Shown here piece by piece: positions 7,122-17,179 of a stretch of DNA of 38,725 nt. Made by a program: the position numbers and the translations under genes. A model generated the notes under the pieces. That model saw only the letters and a list, made by a program, of their open reading frames with translations. It did not search any database and was not told where the DNA came from. Origin of the DNA: a virus (taxonomy: Duplodnaviria; Caudoviricetes); the IMG/VR virus record IMGVR_UViG_3300032212_000068, positions 1 through 38,725 of that record; one strand, 5' to 3'. Within the stretch, counting starts at the first letter, position 1. Each line of letters starts with the position of its first letter.

Positions 7122-8489
7122 TTGTCTGATATAATCCTTCCTAATAATTGGACTGTACGGCCTCACCAGACGAATTTTGGTAAGGCCATGATGGCAGACG
7201 GCAAAAAACGTGCTGTATGCGTTTGGCACCGTCGTGCCGGGAAGGATGCTTCTTCACTTAATTTTACTGCAGTGGCGGCACACCAGACGGTTGCCACTTA
7301 CTGGCATATGCTACCCACTGCGATCCAGGGGCGTCACGTTGTGTGGGATGCCATTGACCCTAGAACCGGTGTTCGCACTATTGATCAAGTTTGGCCCCAA
7401 GAATTGAGGGCCAACATCAATAACACTGAAATGAAAATCGAGCTTAAAAATGGTAGTATTTGGCAAGTTGTTGGTTCAGACAATTATGATCGTCTTGTTG
7501 GCTCAAACCCGTTCGGAGTTGTTTTTTCGGAATACAGCATCGCAGACCCCAGAGCCTGGGATTTCATACGACCTATCTTGGCGGAAAATGGAGGATGGGC
7601 AATCTTCATCTACACTCCTCGGGGCAAGAACCACGGCTATGAATTATATGAAATGGCCAGACAGAACCCAGATTGGTTTGCGGAATTACTCACAATTGAC
7701 GATACCGAAAGACAAGATGGCACACCGGTCGTTTCCAAGGAAGCTTATGAGGCAGAAATAGACGCGGGCATGGACCCGTTACTAGCCAAACAGGAATATT
7801 ACTGTAGTTTTGATGCCGGTTTATTTGGCGCATATTACTCTAACGAAATGGGAAGAGCCAAATTTGGCGATTACCCCTGGGACCCAAGAAAACCAGTGCA
7901 TACCTTCTGGGATTTAGGGCTAAGGGACGCGACTTCTATTTGGTTTGGACAAGAATCTCACGATGGCGACGCCATAAATGTTATAGATTACATGGAGGAG
8001 AGTAATGTTCCGCTCATCGAATGGTGTTCGAGAATCAACCAATTACCGTATTCGTACGGTATCCATTCCGCCCCACACGATATTAAACGCCGTGACTATT
8101 CCAATGGCCAAAGTTATCTTAAAACAGCTGCTGCCCACGGAGTTGATTTTGAGCCCTGTCCAGATATCGGGCTTAGAGCGGGAATTGATTCGGTTAAGTC
8201 ATTTATTCCAAGGCTTAGATTCAACAATGTTAACACAAGTAAAGGTACAGATGCGCTTTACAACTACAGGCGGGAGTACAACGATAAGCTTAGGGTCTTC
8301 ATGGACAGACCGATGCACGATTGGGCCTCTCACGGAGCAGATTCAATGAGAATTATGTCCATTGCATGGCCAGATAATTATAATATGGGCAGTGTAAGTA
8401 GACACAAAGTAATACCAGCCGTCAGGACAGCCAGTGGCTCGACCAGACGTTCAAGAACTCGAACCCCAAGCATTGCTAGAGGTAGATAA
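7122..8489 (+). CDS. terL: Terminase large subunit
   Basis: WHRRAGKD Walker A, VVFSEY Walker B, YTPRG coupling motif, RNase H-like WDLG and HDWASHGADS. Confidence 0.95.
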   Translation: MSDIILPNNWTVRPHQTNFGKAMMADGKKRAVCVWHRRAGKDASSLNFTAVAAHQTVATYWHMLPTAIQGRHVVWDAIDPRTGVRTIDQVWPQELRANINNTEMKIELKNGSIWQVVGSDNYDRLVGSNPFGVVFSEYSIADPRAWDFIRPILAENGGWAIFIYTPRGKNHGYELYEMARQNPDWFAELLTIDDTERQDGTPVVSKEAYEAEIDAGMDPLLAKQEYYCSFDAGLFGAYYSNEMGRAKFGDYPWDPRKPVHTFWDLGLRDATSIWFGQESHDGDAINVIDYMEESNVPLIEWCSRINQLPYSYGIHSAPHDIKRRDYSNGQSYLKTAAAHGVDFEPCPDIGLRAGIDSVKSFIPRLRFNNVNTSKGTDALYNYRREYNDKLRVFMDRPMHDWASHGADSMRIMSIAWPDNYNMGSVSRHKVIPAVRTASGSTRRSRTRTPSIARGR

Positions 8490-10156
8490 TGGATTCTATT
8501 ATACTAAAGAAAAGATTTGATGCGCTTGTTAGTCAACGCAAAATACTAGATGACACACTACAGATCATTGAACGATTTGTGGTCCCCCACCGTGGGGAAT
8601 TCTTTCAGCCACAAAATGACGAAGGTGAAATAGATTGGAGACGTCGCGATATTTTTGACTCTACTGCTATTGATGCCAATGAAACTCTTTCATCTTCGCT
8701 GCAAGGGTCATTAACTTCTCCTTCTACTAAATGGTTCGCGTTGGGATTTCGTCAAGAAGAGTTAAATGAAGACCAAATTGCAATGGAATGGATAGAAGAG
8801 TGCGGTAACCGTATGTACCAAGCTCTTATCGATTCTAATTTTAACCTAGAGTCAGCTGAATTTTATCTAGACTTGACTTCATATGGGACTTCAATTCTTT
8901 TTGAAGAAGCCGAGTCAGAAGACCCTAAAGATTGGAAAGGTCTTGATTTCCAGGCGGCACCAATGCGTGACTGTTATTTTGAGATGGACCATAAAAACCA
9001 AGTATTGAGATTTTATCGCCAATACCAATGGACTCCGCTACAAATTATTGACAAATTTGGAGAACATACTCCAGAGCATATCAGGCTAAAAGCCGAGGGT
9101 AACGACAGCAATAACACTCGATTCACTTGTATTTTTATTGTGTACGAAAGAAACGACAAGAAAGCCAATAAAGAATCAAACATAGTTTTATCCGCCACAG
9201 AGCGCCCATATGGGTGGAAATGGGTATTGCATGAAGACGGTTCTCAATTAGGGCCAGAGGGCGGCTATTATGAAATGCCAGCATTTATTGGTCGCTGGAG
9301 AAAGACGTCCGGTAGTCAGTGGGGCTATAGTCCTGCCCATATTTGTCTTTCCGATATTCTTACCCTTAATGCTCTTATCGAGGAAACTCTCGAAGCTTTA
9401 GGCAAAGTTGTTGACCCGGCTACTTTAACTACTGCACGTAACCTTATGACGGACCTTGACATAGGACGCGGTGGATTAACGGTAGTTAAAGATTTAGATG
9501 AAATCAGAGCTTATGAATCCGGAGCTAGATTTGATGTTGGTGAAGTCAAAATTGATAGATTGCAAGAGTCAATTAATAGAGCATTCCGTGTTGACCAACT
9601 TCAAATGAAAGAATCACCGGCTATGACAGCAACTGAGGTTAATGTTCGATATGAATTAATGCAGCGGCTACTAGGTCCTACTCTTGGCCGATTACAAGCG
9701 GATTATCTAGACCCACTTATTAATCGCACATTTAGAATCATGCTTCGTGCTGGTCAACTCCCTGATATACCAGAATCAGTGAAAGAAGCACAAGGCGAAC
9801 TTGATGTAGAATATGTAGGTCCATTACCAAGAGCGCAACGACAAGAAGTAGTCCAAGCTACTCACTCTTGGATTGGTGCTATTGCTGGTCTAATGGAAGT
9901 GTTCCCTCAATTGAAAGATTTGCCTGATATCGATATGATTGGCCGCGATACAGCTAAAATGTCTGGATTACCAGCCAAATATCTTAATTCCGATGAGGAA
10001 GTAACAAAAACAAGGAAGCAAAGAGCAGAAATGGAACAAAAAATGCAGGAAGCTGCTATGGCTCAAGAAGAAGGAGAAGCAATGAAGTCACAAGGGGAAG
10101 GAGTTGTGGCCCTTTCACAAGCAATGCCTACATTGGGAGACGTAAATGCAGGATAG
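8489..10156 (+). CDS. Portal (head-tail connector, T7 gp8-like podovirus type)
   Basis: FDSTA, RW...WGYSP and MTATEV...LGP...LQ motifs; 555 aa directly after TerL. Confidence 0.9.
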   Translation: MDSIILKKRFDALVSQRKILDDTLQIIERFVVPHRGEFFQPQNDEGEIDWRRRDIFDSTAIDANETLSSSLQGSLTSPSTKWFALGFRQEELNEDQIAMEWIEECGNRMYQALIDSNFNLESAEFYLDLTSYGTSILFEEAESEDPKDWKGLDFQAAPMRDCYFEMDHKNQVLRFYRQYQWTPLQIIDKFGEHTPEHIRLKAEGNDSNNTRFTCIFIVYERNDKKANKESNIVLSATERPYGWKWVLHEDGSQLGPEGGYYEMPAFIGRWRKTSGSQWGYSPAHICLSDILTLNALIEETLEALGKVVDPATLTTARNLMTDLDIGRGGLTVVKDLDEIRAYESGARFDVGEVKIDRLQESINRAFRVDQLQMKESPAMTATEVNVRYELMQRLLGPTLGRLQADYLDPLINRTFRIMLRAGQLPDIPESVKEAQGELDVEYVGPLPRAQRQEVVQATHSWIGAIAGLMEVFPQLKDLPDIDMIGRDTAKMSGLPAKYLNSDEEVTKTRKQRAEMEQKMQEAAMAQEEGEAMKSQGEGVVALSQAMPTLGDVNAG

Positions 10157-10394
10157 AACTAAAAAAAGAGAGCAGTTAATGGCCCAAACCAATTTGGCCT
10201 TGTTAAAGGAGGCACAAGAATGGAAAGATGCTTTCGGGACTGAAGACGGCAAAAAATGTCTAGCTTTATTGGAAAAACATTATTACGATATAGATATGAT
10301 TGCTAGTTCAGATCCAACTGTTACGCAGAATAGAGCCGCACAACGTGATTTAGTGCGGTATGTTAAAAGCCAAATTGAATTCACAGGAGAATAA
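10146..10394 (+). CDS. Small conserved head-module protein between portal and scaffold
   Basis: FGTEDGKKCL...QRDLVRY pattern; synteny. Confidence 0.65.
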   Translation: MQDRTKKREQLMAQTNLALLKEAQEWKDAFGTEDGKKCLALLEKHYYDIDMIASSDPTVTQNRAAQRDLVRYVKSQIEFTGE

Positions 10395-10396
10395 AA

Positions 10397-11344
10397 ATGA
10401 AATTTAGAAATATAAGCCGTAAATATTTTGATGAAGCCGGTGGCGATGGAGCTGCTGGTGGCGGTGCTGGTGAAGCATCGAATTGGCGCGATGGATTACC
10501 TGACGAAATTAAAGCTAGTCCAGCTTTAGCTAATTTTGAAGACATCAGTCAAGTGGCTAAAGCATTTGTTGATATGAAATCATATCAAGGCAATTCTATT
10601 TCTATTCCAGGGGAGGATGCGGGAGATGAACAACGTCAACAATTTGTCGAGAAACTTATCGAAAAAGCTCCCAATGTTATGTTGCGGCCAGACCTCGATA
10701 ATCCTGAGCAGAGTCGAGATTTCTATCGAACTATGGGGATGCCCGATAAATCTGACGGATACGGGGTCCCTGAAATTAAAGACTTGCCAGAAGGGGTTAA
10801 CCAAGATTCAGAAAGATTGGACTTTTTTAGAGAAATTGCTCATAAGGCCGGTCTTACTAAAGGGCAATTCGATAAGATAATGTCTGAAGTAATTACCCAA
10901 GATATTTCTACCGCTACGTCTACTTTAGAATCTCAAAAAGCTGAGATGGAAAGTCTAAAGCAAGAATGGGGAGCCGCTACTGATGACAGGCTAGGTCAAG
11001 CTCTTGGTTTGATGGAAAAAACCAAAGCTCCCGATCATTTGATCGAGGCAATGAAAAATAACCAACTTCCGGCTGATATAATTAAATGGGCACATAGTCT
11101 TGCAGTTTCTATTGGCCAGGAAGGGACCAATTTAGGCAATAGCGACCTTTCTAATAATGGCGCTGCATTGACCCCCCAAGAAGCACAAGATAAAATCGAT
11201 GAGATATATGCCAATAAGGACCACCCATTCCATAAAGGCGACCCAGCGGCCATGAAACGTATGGTCGATTTAGTAGCCGCTAAAAATCCTGGTTCATCTA
11301 AAGATGTAAATGACCTCCGAAAAGGTATGTCGTTTACCCAATGA
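10397..11344 (+). CDS. Capsid assembly scaffolding protein
   Basis: WRDGLP, GMPDKSDGY, GLT, LKQEWG motifs; acidic and helical; precedes the capsid gene. Confidence 0.8.
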   Translation: MKFRNISRKYFDEAGGDGAAGGGAGEASNWRDGLPDEIKASPALANFEDISQVAKAFVDMKSYQGNSISIPGEDAGDEQRQQFVEKLIEKAPNVMLRPDLDNPEQSRDFYRTMGMPDKSDGYGVPEIKDLPEGVNQDSERLDFFREIAHKAGLTKGQFDKIMSEVITQDISTATSTLESQKAEMESLKQEWGAATDDRLGQALGLMEKTKAPDHLIEAMKNNQLPADIIKWAHSLAVSIGQEGTNLGNSDLSNNGAALTPQEAQDKIDEIYANKDHPFHKGDPAAMKRMVDLVAAKNPGSSKDVNDLRKGMSFTQ

Positions 11345-11354
11345 TTTTATATAC

Positions 11355-11383
11355 TTGACACGGGCACACGGATGTGCTATACT
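11355..11383 (+). promoter_or_regulatory. Sigma70 promoter for the major capsid gene
   Basis: ATACTTGACA-17 nt (ending TGTGC)-TATACT, flanks very similar to the 5501 promoter. Confidence 0.9.
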
Positions 11384-11406
11384 TTTTATACTAGAACACA
11401 TATCGC

Positions 11407-11503
11407 GGCACGACGAAGGCTACCGTTAATCGATCTTCAAAGTGCCATTGGAATCCAACGGGTGTTGGGCTACTCCTAGATGATGTAATTTTTAATCATT
11501 ACA
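11407..11503 (+). promoter_or_regulatory. Structured 5' leader of capsid mRNA (three hairpins)
   Basis: GGCAC/GTGCC with GAAG/CTTC; GGA/TCC with CCAAC/GTTGG; TGTAAT/ATTACA next to the SD. Confidence 0.55.
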
Positions 11504-11516
11504 GAGGAATATTTCA

Positions 11517-12380
11517 ATGGCAATTAATATTGATAATGTATATGTACAATCCTTTGAAAACAACGTCCGTCACCTTGCCCAACAATCAATGGCTCGTGCA
11601 CGTATGTGTGTTTCAGAGAAACCAGTTTCTTCCGAGAAGCATAATTGGGAACGCATTGGAGCCAATGCCGCTCAATTAAAGTCAAGCACCCGTCAAGCTA
11701 CACCTACCAATGATTCAGATTGGACACGCCGGGTTTCAATAGCTGCAACATATGATATTGGTGATACTTCTGAACAGGAAGACCCAGTTCAAATGTTAGT
11801 AGACCCAAATTCCAACATTGTTCAGTCTGTTGGCATGGCAATGCGTCGTCAAATCGATGATGTTATTTTTGCTGCTGCTACTGGCGCTGCTACTATTGGC
11901 GACGGTACTACAGTCGCTTTTCCTGCGGGTCAGGTAGTTGGCGATGGTACTGGTGTTTTCACTTTTGATGGCGTAACTGAAGTTTTCGAGAAATTCATGG
12001 AAAACGACATTGATCCTGATGAAATGAAATACATGATCATTGGTCCTAAACAACTTCGTAAAATGCAACAACTCACAGAATATACTTCTAGTGATTATAT
12101 GAACGTAAAAGCGTTGGCCACTAAAGGTTTTGTAGAAAATTGGATGGGTTTCCATTGGATTGTTTCTACTCGATTACTGGCTCCAGGCGCAGGCGAAATT
12201 TCTTGCCTAGCTATGACCAAGAAAGCTCTTGGCTTGCAGATGAACCGGGATATCACCACCCGCGTGGCTGAAGACCCAAGCATCAGCTTTGCATGGCGCA
12301 TTTATGCTTATATGACACTCGGTGCAGTTCGAGTTGAAGATGAGCATATTGTTCATTGGCATTTGTTGAATTCTCTATAA
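11517..12380 (+). CDS. Major capsid protein
   Basis: 287 aa after the scaffold; own promoter and terminator; QQSM.R, AMRRQIDD and GAVRVEDE motifs. Confidence 0.9.
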   Translation: MAINIDNVYVQSFENNVRHLAQQSMARARMCVSEKPVSSEKHNWERIGANAAQLKSSTRQATPTNDSDWTRRVSIAATYDIGDTSEQEDPVQMLVDPNSNIVQSVGMAMRRQIDDVIFAAATGAATIGDGTTVAFPAGQVVGDGTGVFTFDGVTEVFEKFMENDIDPDEMKYMIIGPKQLRKMQQLTEYTSSDYMNVKALATKGFVENWMGFHWIVSTRLLAPGAGEISCLAMTKKALGLQMNRDITTRVAEDPSISFAWRIYAYMTLGAVRVEDEHIVHWHLLNSL

Positions 12381-12391
12381 TTCACGGCTTT

Positions 12392-12419
12392 CTCCCCGGT
12401 TAATACCGGGGAGCTTTTT
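12392..12419 (+). terminator. Rho-independent terminator after the capsid gene
   Basis: CTCCCCGGT-TAAT-ACCGGGGAG followed by CTTTTT. Confidence 0.85.
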
Positions 12420-12434
12420 GAGAGGTAATACAAA

Positions 12435-12644
12435 ATGGCAGCAAAAGCAATTGCAGGAACAGTCAGTGAAACAAAAGGTGGGTTTGTAGTATCGGATCTA
12501 GTCGGGACGGAAACTATTAACGCTTCCGTGTTGGCGGGTGAAGTAGCTATCGTAATCGATTCTGCTGTTCCATTGCATTCTATTGATTCTGTTCTAGAGC
12601 GTCTACGTGATGCTCTTCGTGAACAAGTCAGTAAATTATCATAG
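12435..12644 (+). CDS. Hypothetical, probably virion-associated protein
   Basis: GAGG SD; follows the capsid gene. Confidence 0.7.
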   Translation: MAAKAIAGTVSETKGGFVVSDLVGTETINASVLAGEVAIVIDSAVPLHSIDSVLERLRDALREQVSKLS

Positions 12645-12653
12645 GAGGCTAAT

Positions 12654-12854
12654 ATGTTTGTATACATGAATATAGCCAAAAACTCCAAAATTATGCGTCT
12701 TCGAGGTGAAGTAGATGATGACTATGAGGATATGAATAGTCACATTAAAAAACAAGCACAACTCGGTTACGTGGTCAAGACAAGCAATAAACTCGTAGGT
12801 GAAGTTAACCCGAAAACTTCCCATATTGAGTGCACTATGGAGGAATTGAAATGA
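12654..12854 (+). CDS. Hypothetical protein
   Basis: AGGAGG SD; ATGA overlap with the next gene. Confidence 0.7.
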   Translation: MFVYMNIAKNSKIMRLRGEVDDDYEDMNSHIKKQAQLGYVVKTSNKLVGEVNPKTSHIECTMEELK

Positions 12855-13486
12855 ATTCTATTGTAATTGGAAGTCATATAGATACGGCTAAAGTGTTGTC
12901 GGTGTCGAAACTTGCAAAAGGACTATTCTTCCTGTCTTTACGTGCCATTGGAATTTCGTGGGGTTCAGCCTTTGTCTTTGTTTATGGCGGTGTAATTCAA
13001 AAAGCCTTACATGATACAATAGCGCGACGCAGTAACCCGTCTAAAGTTCTTGAAGAACTTAAAACCAAGATATGGCAAGAAGTTGGTTTTGTGCCTGATG
13101 AAGGTGAAGTTCTTGTTGGCAATATTATTTTTAAACGGATTCTTACTGATAGAGATGCTAACTTAGAACTTGGCTTGTTCACTAATGTTGCTCCAGGTGA
13201 AACAATTACTGAAGCAACAATCACCGAACCTACAGGAACTGGTTATGCTCGAATAGATTTAGTCGATGCCACTTGGGCAGTAGCCAGTTCTACATTTACA
13301 TATACTAGTCAAGTATTTACTGGCGGTGCTGGCGGGTGGACAGGTTCTATACAAGGCTATTTTATCTCTACAAAAGCAGCCGGTGGAACTCAACGACTAA
13401 TTGGCATTGAAGTGGATGCAAGCGGACCGTATACTATTGCAGAAAACGATACTTATACGATCGATTTAGCCAATACCCCGGCTTAA
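12851..13486 (+). CDS. Putative structural protein (start re-assigned to 12851)
   Basis: GGAGG SD; C-terminal GLFT...EPTGTGYAR...FT...GWT pattern seen in minor virion/fibre proteins. Confidence 0.6.
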   Translation: MNSIVIGSHIDTAKVLSVSKLAKGLFFLSLRAIGISWGSAFVFVYGGVIQKALHDTIARRSNPSKVLEELKTKIWQEVGFVPDEGEVLVGNIIFKRILTDRDANLELGLFTNVAPGETITEATITEPTGTGYARIDLVDATWAVASSTFTYTSQVFTGGAGGWTGSIQGYFISTKAAGGTQRLIGIEVDASGPYTIAENDTYTIDLANTPA

Positions 13487-13489
13487 ATA

Positions 13490-15124
13490 ATGACTCCTCC
13501 TTTCGAAGTCATTAGCGGATATAATCCTCCAGCAGCTGGTCCTGCTCAACTTTCTTTAGAGTGGGACCCTGCTGTCGCCAATACTGATGCTTCGATATTA
13601 GCAGACATTAAAGGATATAAAGTATATTATGGCACAGAAACGGGAGTATATACTGATTCGCTAGATTTAACCGCCGTTTCAGGCAATGAGTTAGATACTG
13701 AATGTATTTTAACTGGTTTACTTGACGGCGTTACGTATTATTGTTCCCCTGTAACGATCGATGATGACGGGAACGAATCAGCTTATGCCACAGAAGTCAA
13801 TGCAGTTGCTTCTATTCCTGTTACTCCTTCTGAACCAACTTGGACCGATATAGGTTCGGCAGACCTACCATATACTATTTCTTCAAATGGGAATTATCGG
13901 TTATCTGAAAGTGTTACATATGGTTCAGGCGCGGCAATCACGGTCAATGGTGGTTTAACGGATGTTAAGATATACGGCAGTAATCGAAGCTGGGGCGACG
14001 GCGAGGCTGGAATAAACTTCACCTATGCCAATGGCGGCAATGGACAAGCTATCAATGTGGCTTCTGGTTCCGTTGTTGATGTTTACGGTTTTAATTTCAT
14101 TTTGGGCACCGGTACACATAGTGCTAATTCAGGCGGGTGTCCTGTTTATACTTCTGGTACGTTTGGTGCCGGGTCCAAAGTACATGATTGTGATTTTGAT
14201 CTAGATGGCAATTACGCTCGAGGGGTATACGCAGCCACTAACCTAAATGGAATCCGAATTTACGATAATACTGGAACTTTTGCGAATGGCTCTGCAAATC
14301 AATCGCTTGTTTTCGGCACAGCTAATTCTATTGCTAATCGTGTACGAATTTATAATAACAATATTACTATGGACAATGCTTCATGGTACGTAGGATTGGT
14401 TCATTTTTGTGACTATGCTGAGACTTATGGGAATACGTTAACGATTAACTCCAATTGCGTGAAGCCTTTCTTAGTGCAAGGCTGGTCTACTGATTATCAA
14501 TTTATTCATAATAATACCGTGGTAGTGAATGGAGTAAATACTCGGATTTGTAACCAGGATGGCGGGTCGGCTAATTGGTGGTTACATTACAATAATTTTG
14601 TTTTAAATCAATCAGTTGCAGGCGTAGGAATATCAAGGGCGATTCGTCTTCGTTATGGCGGAAATAATCAAGTAGTTGGTTATAATACTATTGATGCTGA
14701 TGCTGATATTTATTCAGTATGTCATGCCTGGGGCGGTTCGGATCAAATAGGTGCTTCTTATGGTTTGTACCTATATAAAAATAACATGACTTCTAGAAAT
14801 ATTTGTTTTGAAATTTATGGCGATGAGATATCTCAAGGATATGGTGGACGTACGTGGGGCAATACCATGAATGCTGTGGCCGGATACTGTATTAATATGA
14901 ACGCTAACACGTTAGATATCGATGACATTGAATTTAATGATGATATATTAACTGCTGTAGGCGATACGGTTAGAATACAGACTCATGCCCCCGCTTGGCG
15001 TGTACATGATTCTTTTAATACTAATGATGTAACAGGGAATGATGCCAATATTAACTATGCTGGGACTCCTACTTATCCCGTTTCTAATACCCCTAATGCA
15101 CCGACAGGAGTGGTTGTACAATGA
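13490..15124 (+). CDS. Fibronectin-III-like domain plus parallel beta-helix protein (spike or depolymerase-like)
   Basis: LEWD...GYKVYYG...LTGL...YY...GNES (FN3); repeated IYDN/IYNN/IHNN/LHYN Asn-ladder strands. Confidence 0.7.
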   Translation: MTPPFEVISGYNPPAAGPAQLSLEWDPAVANTDASILADIKGYKVYYGTETGVYTDSLDLTAVSGNELDTECILTGLLDGVTYYCSPVTIDDDGNESAYATEVNAVASIPVTPSEPTWTDIGSADLPYTISSNGNYRLSESVTYGSGAAITVNGGLTDVKIYGSNRSWGDGEAGINFTYANGGNGQAINVASGSVVDVYGFNFILGTGTHSANSGGCPVYTSGTFGAGSKVHDCDFDLDGNYARGVYAATNLNGIRIYDNTGTFANGSANQSLVFGTANSIANRVRIYNNNITMDNASWYVGLVHFCDYAETYGNTLTINSNCVKPFLVQGWSTDYQFIHNNTVVVNGVNTRICNQDGGSANWWLHYNNFVLNQSVAGVGISRAIRLRYGGNNQVVGYNTIDADADIYSVCHAWGGSDQIGASYGLYLYKNNMTSRNICFEIYGDEISQGYGGRTWGNTMNAVAGYCINMNANTLDIDDIEFNDDILTAVGDTVRIQTHAPAWRVHDSFNTNDVTGNDANINYAGTPTYPVSNTPNAPTGVVVQ

Positions 15125-15288
15125 AATATGTTTCTTTAAGTTTGTATATTCAAAATAAAGATGGACAAGATTTTGATAAAAGTCTTGAGGGTGCCATTTC
15201 CGATGAGACCCACAAAAAACTTATGTCTATATGGGAAGAAATATATACGACCAGGGTTCGTTTAGAAGACGAAGGCAATAGACTATGA
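15121..15288 (+). CDS. Small hypothetical protein, 55 aa, not in the ORF track (MKYVSLSLYIQNKDGQ...)
   Basis: Translated by hand; ATGA overlaps with both neighbours; GGAG SD. Confidence 0.7.
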   Translation: MKYVSLSLYIQNKDGQDFDKSLEGAISDETHKKLMSIWEEIYTTRVRLEDEGNRL

Positions 15289-15707
15289 TAAGATATTATT
15301 TAATCCCCGCTGTTAGAAATATTATTGATTTACCTAGGTCGGACGATGGCGTCAAACCTGATTTTTTAGATATTATTTCTAATTTGCCCGGTTGTCTTTC
15401 TTGCCAGGGAATTCCTCCTGCTGAAATACCAACACTGAGAGGCAATGATAGACAATGGTTGGCTAATCATTATATAGTAAGGATAGAAGCTGATGATTTT
15501 ACTGAATTAGATACTCAAAACGTAATTTATTTAGACAGACAAACAATAATAAACAACATAGATAAATTACAATCTTTAGGGGTAGAAATTAATGGATTGG
15601 ACATTAATACTCCAAAAAAACAAATAGAAAGACGTATTATTAAATGGCTCACCAATCAAAATAAAGATTTGGGGGAAGTTATGTCAAAACCCGAAGAAAT
15701 AGGATAG
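15285..15707 (+). CDS. Hypothetical protein
   Basis: 140-aa ORF in an operon arrangement. Confidence 0.7.
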   Translation: MIRYYLIPAVRNIIDLPRSDDGVKPDFLDIISNLPGCLSCQGIPPAEIPTLRGNDRQWLANHYIVRIEADDFTELDTQNVIYLDRQTIINNIDKLQSLGVEINGLDINTPKKQIERRIIKWLTNQNKDLGEVMSKPEEIG

Positions 15708-15711
15708 CGCT

Positions 15712-16869
15712 ATGTCCTCTGATTCTTTTACTAATTCAGATGGCACTACTTTACCCTCCCATGATGCCAATTGGGCGGATCAAGATGCGGCTTATGCGGC
15801 GGCTGATTTAACTATTCAGTCAAACAGGGCAAGGCCTCCTACTTGGGGGAATGGAGCAGGAGCCGGGTATAGTAATGGACAGCCCGCAGATCAAGATTCT
15901 TATGCATTGTTTCCTTACGGAGCAGCAGCCGAAACTAAAAGATTTGTATCGGTTCGAAGCATAGGCACAGGGAATGGTAGAGGGTATACAGCTTCTTGGC
16001 ATTCATTTGATGCTACTAATTATATTGGGCTTAAAGTAGAAAAGGATGGTACTTGGTTAGCTCAAACATTGGGTCTTACTTACCCGATAATTAATGATCA
16101 TACTATTGGCATTACAGCTAGAGATAATGGAGCTAATGTAGATTTAGTTGCATATGTTGACACTGTAAGTACAGTTACTTACACTGATACAACTTCTGTT
16201 TTCACTGATGGAGTTCCAGGAATAGGCTGTATTGCCACTGGAATTCCAACAGACTCAGAATTTGATGATTGGACTGACAATATATCAGGATCAGCCAGTT
16301 ACTCTATATCCGGTTCAACTGAGTATCCTATAAATGTAGCTGCTACTGCGATGACATATGTAGATAATTCAATAGCTGCATATAGTATTATTGCTGATTT
16401 AACTCTTGTTATGAATGTAGCTGCTACTGCGATGACATTTACTCCTGCCCCGGCTGGCGAAAGCATATCAGGAGACATAGGGTATCCAATAAACATAGCT
16501 GCTACTGCGATGGATTATGTTGACAACCCAGGCCCTATTCATCCTTCTATATCAGGGGCGATACCGTATCCAATTACTATATCAGGTTTCCCTCCAGTGT
16601 TACCTGCAGGAGTTGTAACAATGAGAGATGCTATTTTGTTTTTAACAGGAGGACCTACCGTTAATGATGGGTTGTTATCTTTCTATCAAACTAATGGTGC
16701 TGTTTCTAACAATTTGATAGATGCTGAAAATGAATTTTTAATCGCCAGGGGAGTTGTTTCATCGGCAAAAAGCGATATGTGGAGAGAATTTTTATTAGGT
16801 CTTGGTTTATCTGGGACTAATAACGACATGAGATCTGAGTGGTGGCTTCTTGGAGCACCTTTAATATAA
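15712..16869 (+). CDS. Putative virion fibre or decoration protein with internal repeats
   Basis: Beta-rich N-domain; three YPINVAATAM-type repeats; helical C-domain. Confidence 0.6.
   Translation: MSSDSFTNSDGTTLPSHDANWADQDAAYAAADLTIQSNRARPPTWGNGAGAGYSNGQPADQDSYALFPYGAAAETKRFVSVRSIGTGNGRGYTASWHSFDATNYIGLKVEKDGTWLAQTLGLTYPIINDHTIGITARDNGANVDLVAYVDTVSTVTYTDTTSVFTDGVPGIGCIATGIPTDSEFDDWTDNISGSASYSISGSTEYPINVAATAMTYVDNSIAAYSIIADLTLVMNVAATAMTFTPAPAGESISGDIGYPINIAATAMDYVDNPGPIHPSISGAIPYPITISGFPPVLPAGVVTMRDAILFLTGGPTVNDGLLSFYQTNGAVSNNLIDAENEFLIARGVVSSAKSDMWREFLLGLGLSGTNNDMRSEWWLLGAPLI
16333..16512 (+). repeat. Three coding direct repeats (AATGTAGCTGCTACTGCGATGACAT core), period 78-81 bp
   Basis: Copies at 16333-16357, 16414-16438 and partially 16496-16512. 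Confidence 0.85.
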
Positions 16870-16882
16870 TAGGAGAAATAAA

Positions 16883-17176
16883 ATGAACGAAGAACATTTA
16901 AATTTACAAAAGCCGAAATCTTCAAAAATCTATGGAGTGATTAAAATGGGGGCGAATAATACTGATCAAGTCCTTATTAAATCCCTTCAAAGTCAAGGAT
17001 ATAATGAACATGAAATTCAATCTGAATCAGGTGTTCATCATTCTATTGTTCGTACTTTTATGGCACTCAATGACCCAGATTTTAAGCCTACAGATGCTCC
17101 AGTTACAGCGGAGACTAAACATCTCCATGATAAGATTGCTGAACTTGAAGCTAAAGTAGAGGAATACGAGGAATAA
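16883..17176 (+). CDS. Hypothetical protein
   Basis: AGGAG SD; C-terminal coiled coil. Confidence 0.7.
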   Translation: MNEEHLNLQKPKSSKIYGVIKMGANNTDQVLIKSLQSQGYNEHEIQSESGVHHSIVRTFMALNDPDFKPTDAPVTAETKHLHDKIAELEAKVEEYEE

Positions 17177-17179
17177 AAA

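Noticed and set aside
16333-16512. Regularly spaced 25-bp repeats as CRISPR array or DGR repeats
   Set aside because: They are in-frame coding repeats with related intervening peptides; no cas or reverse transcriptase gene is visible
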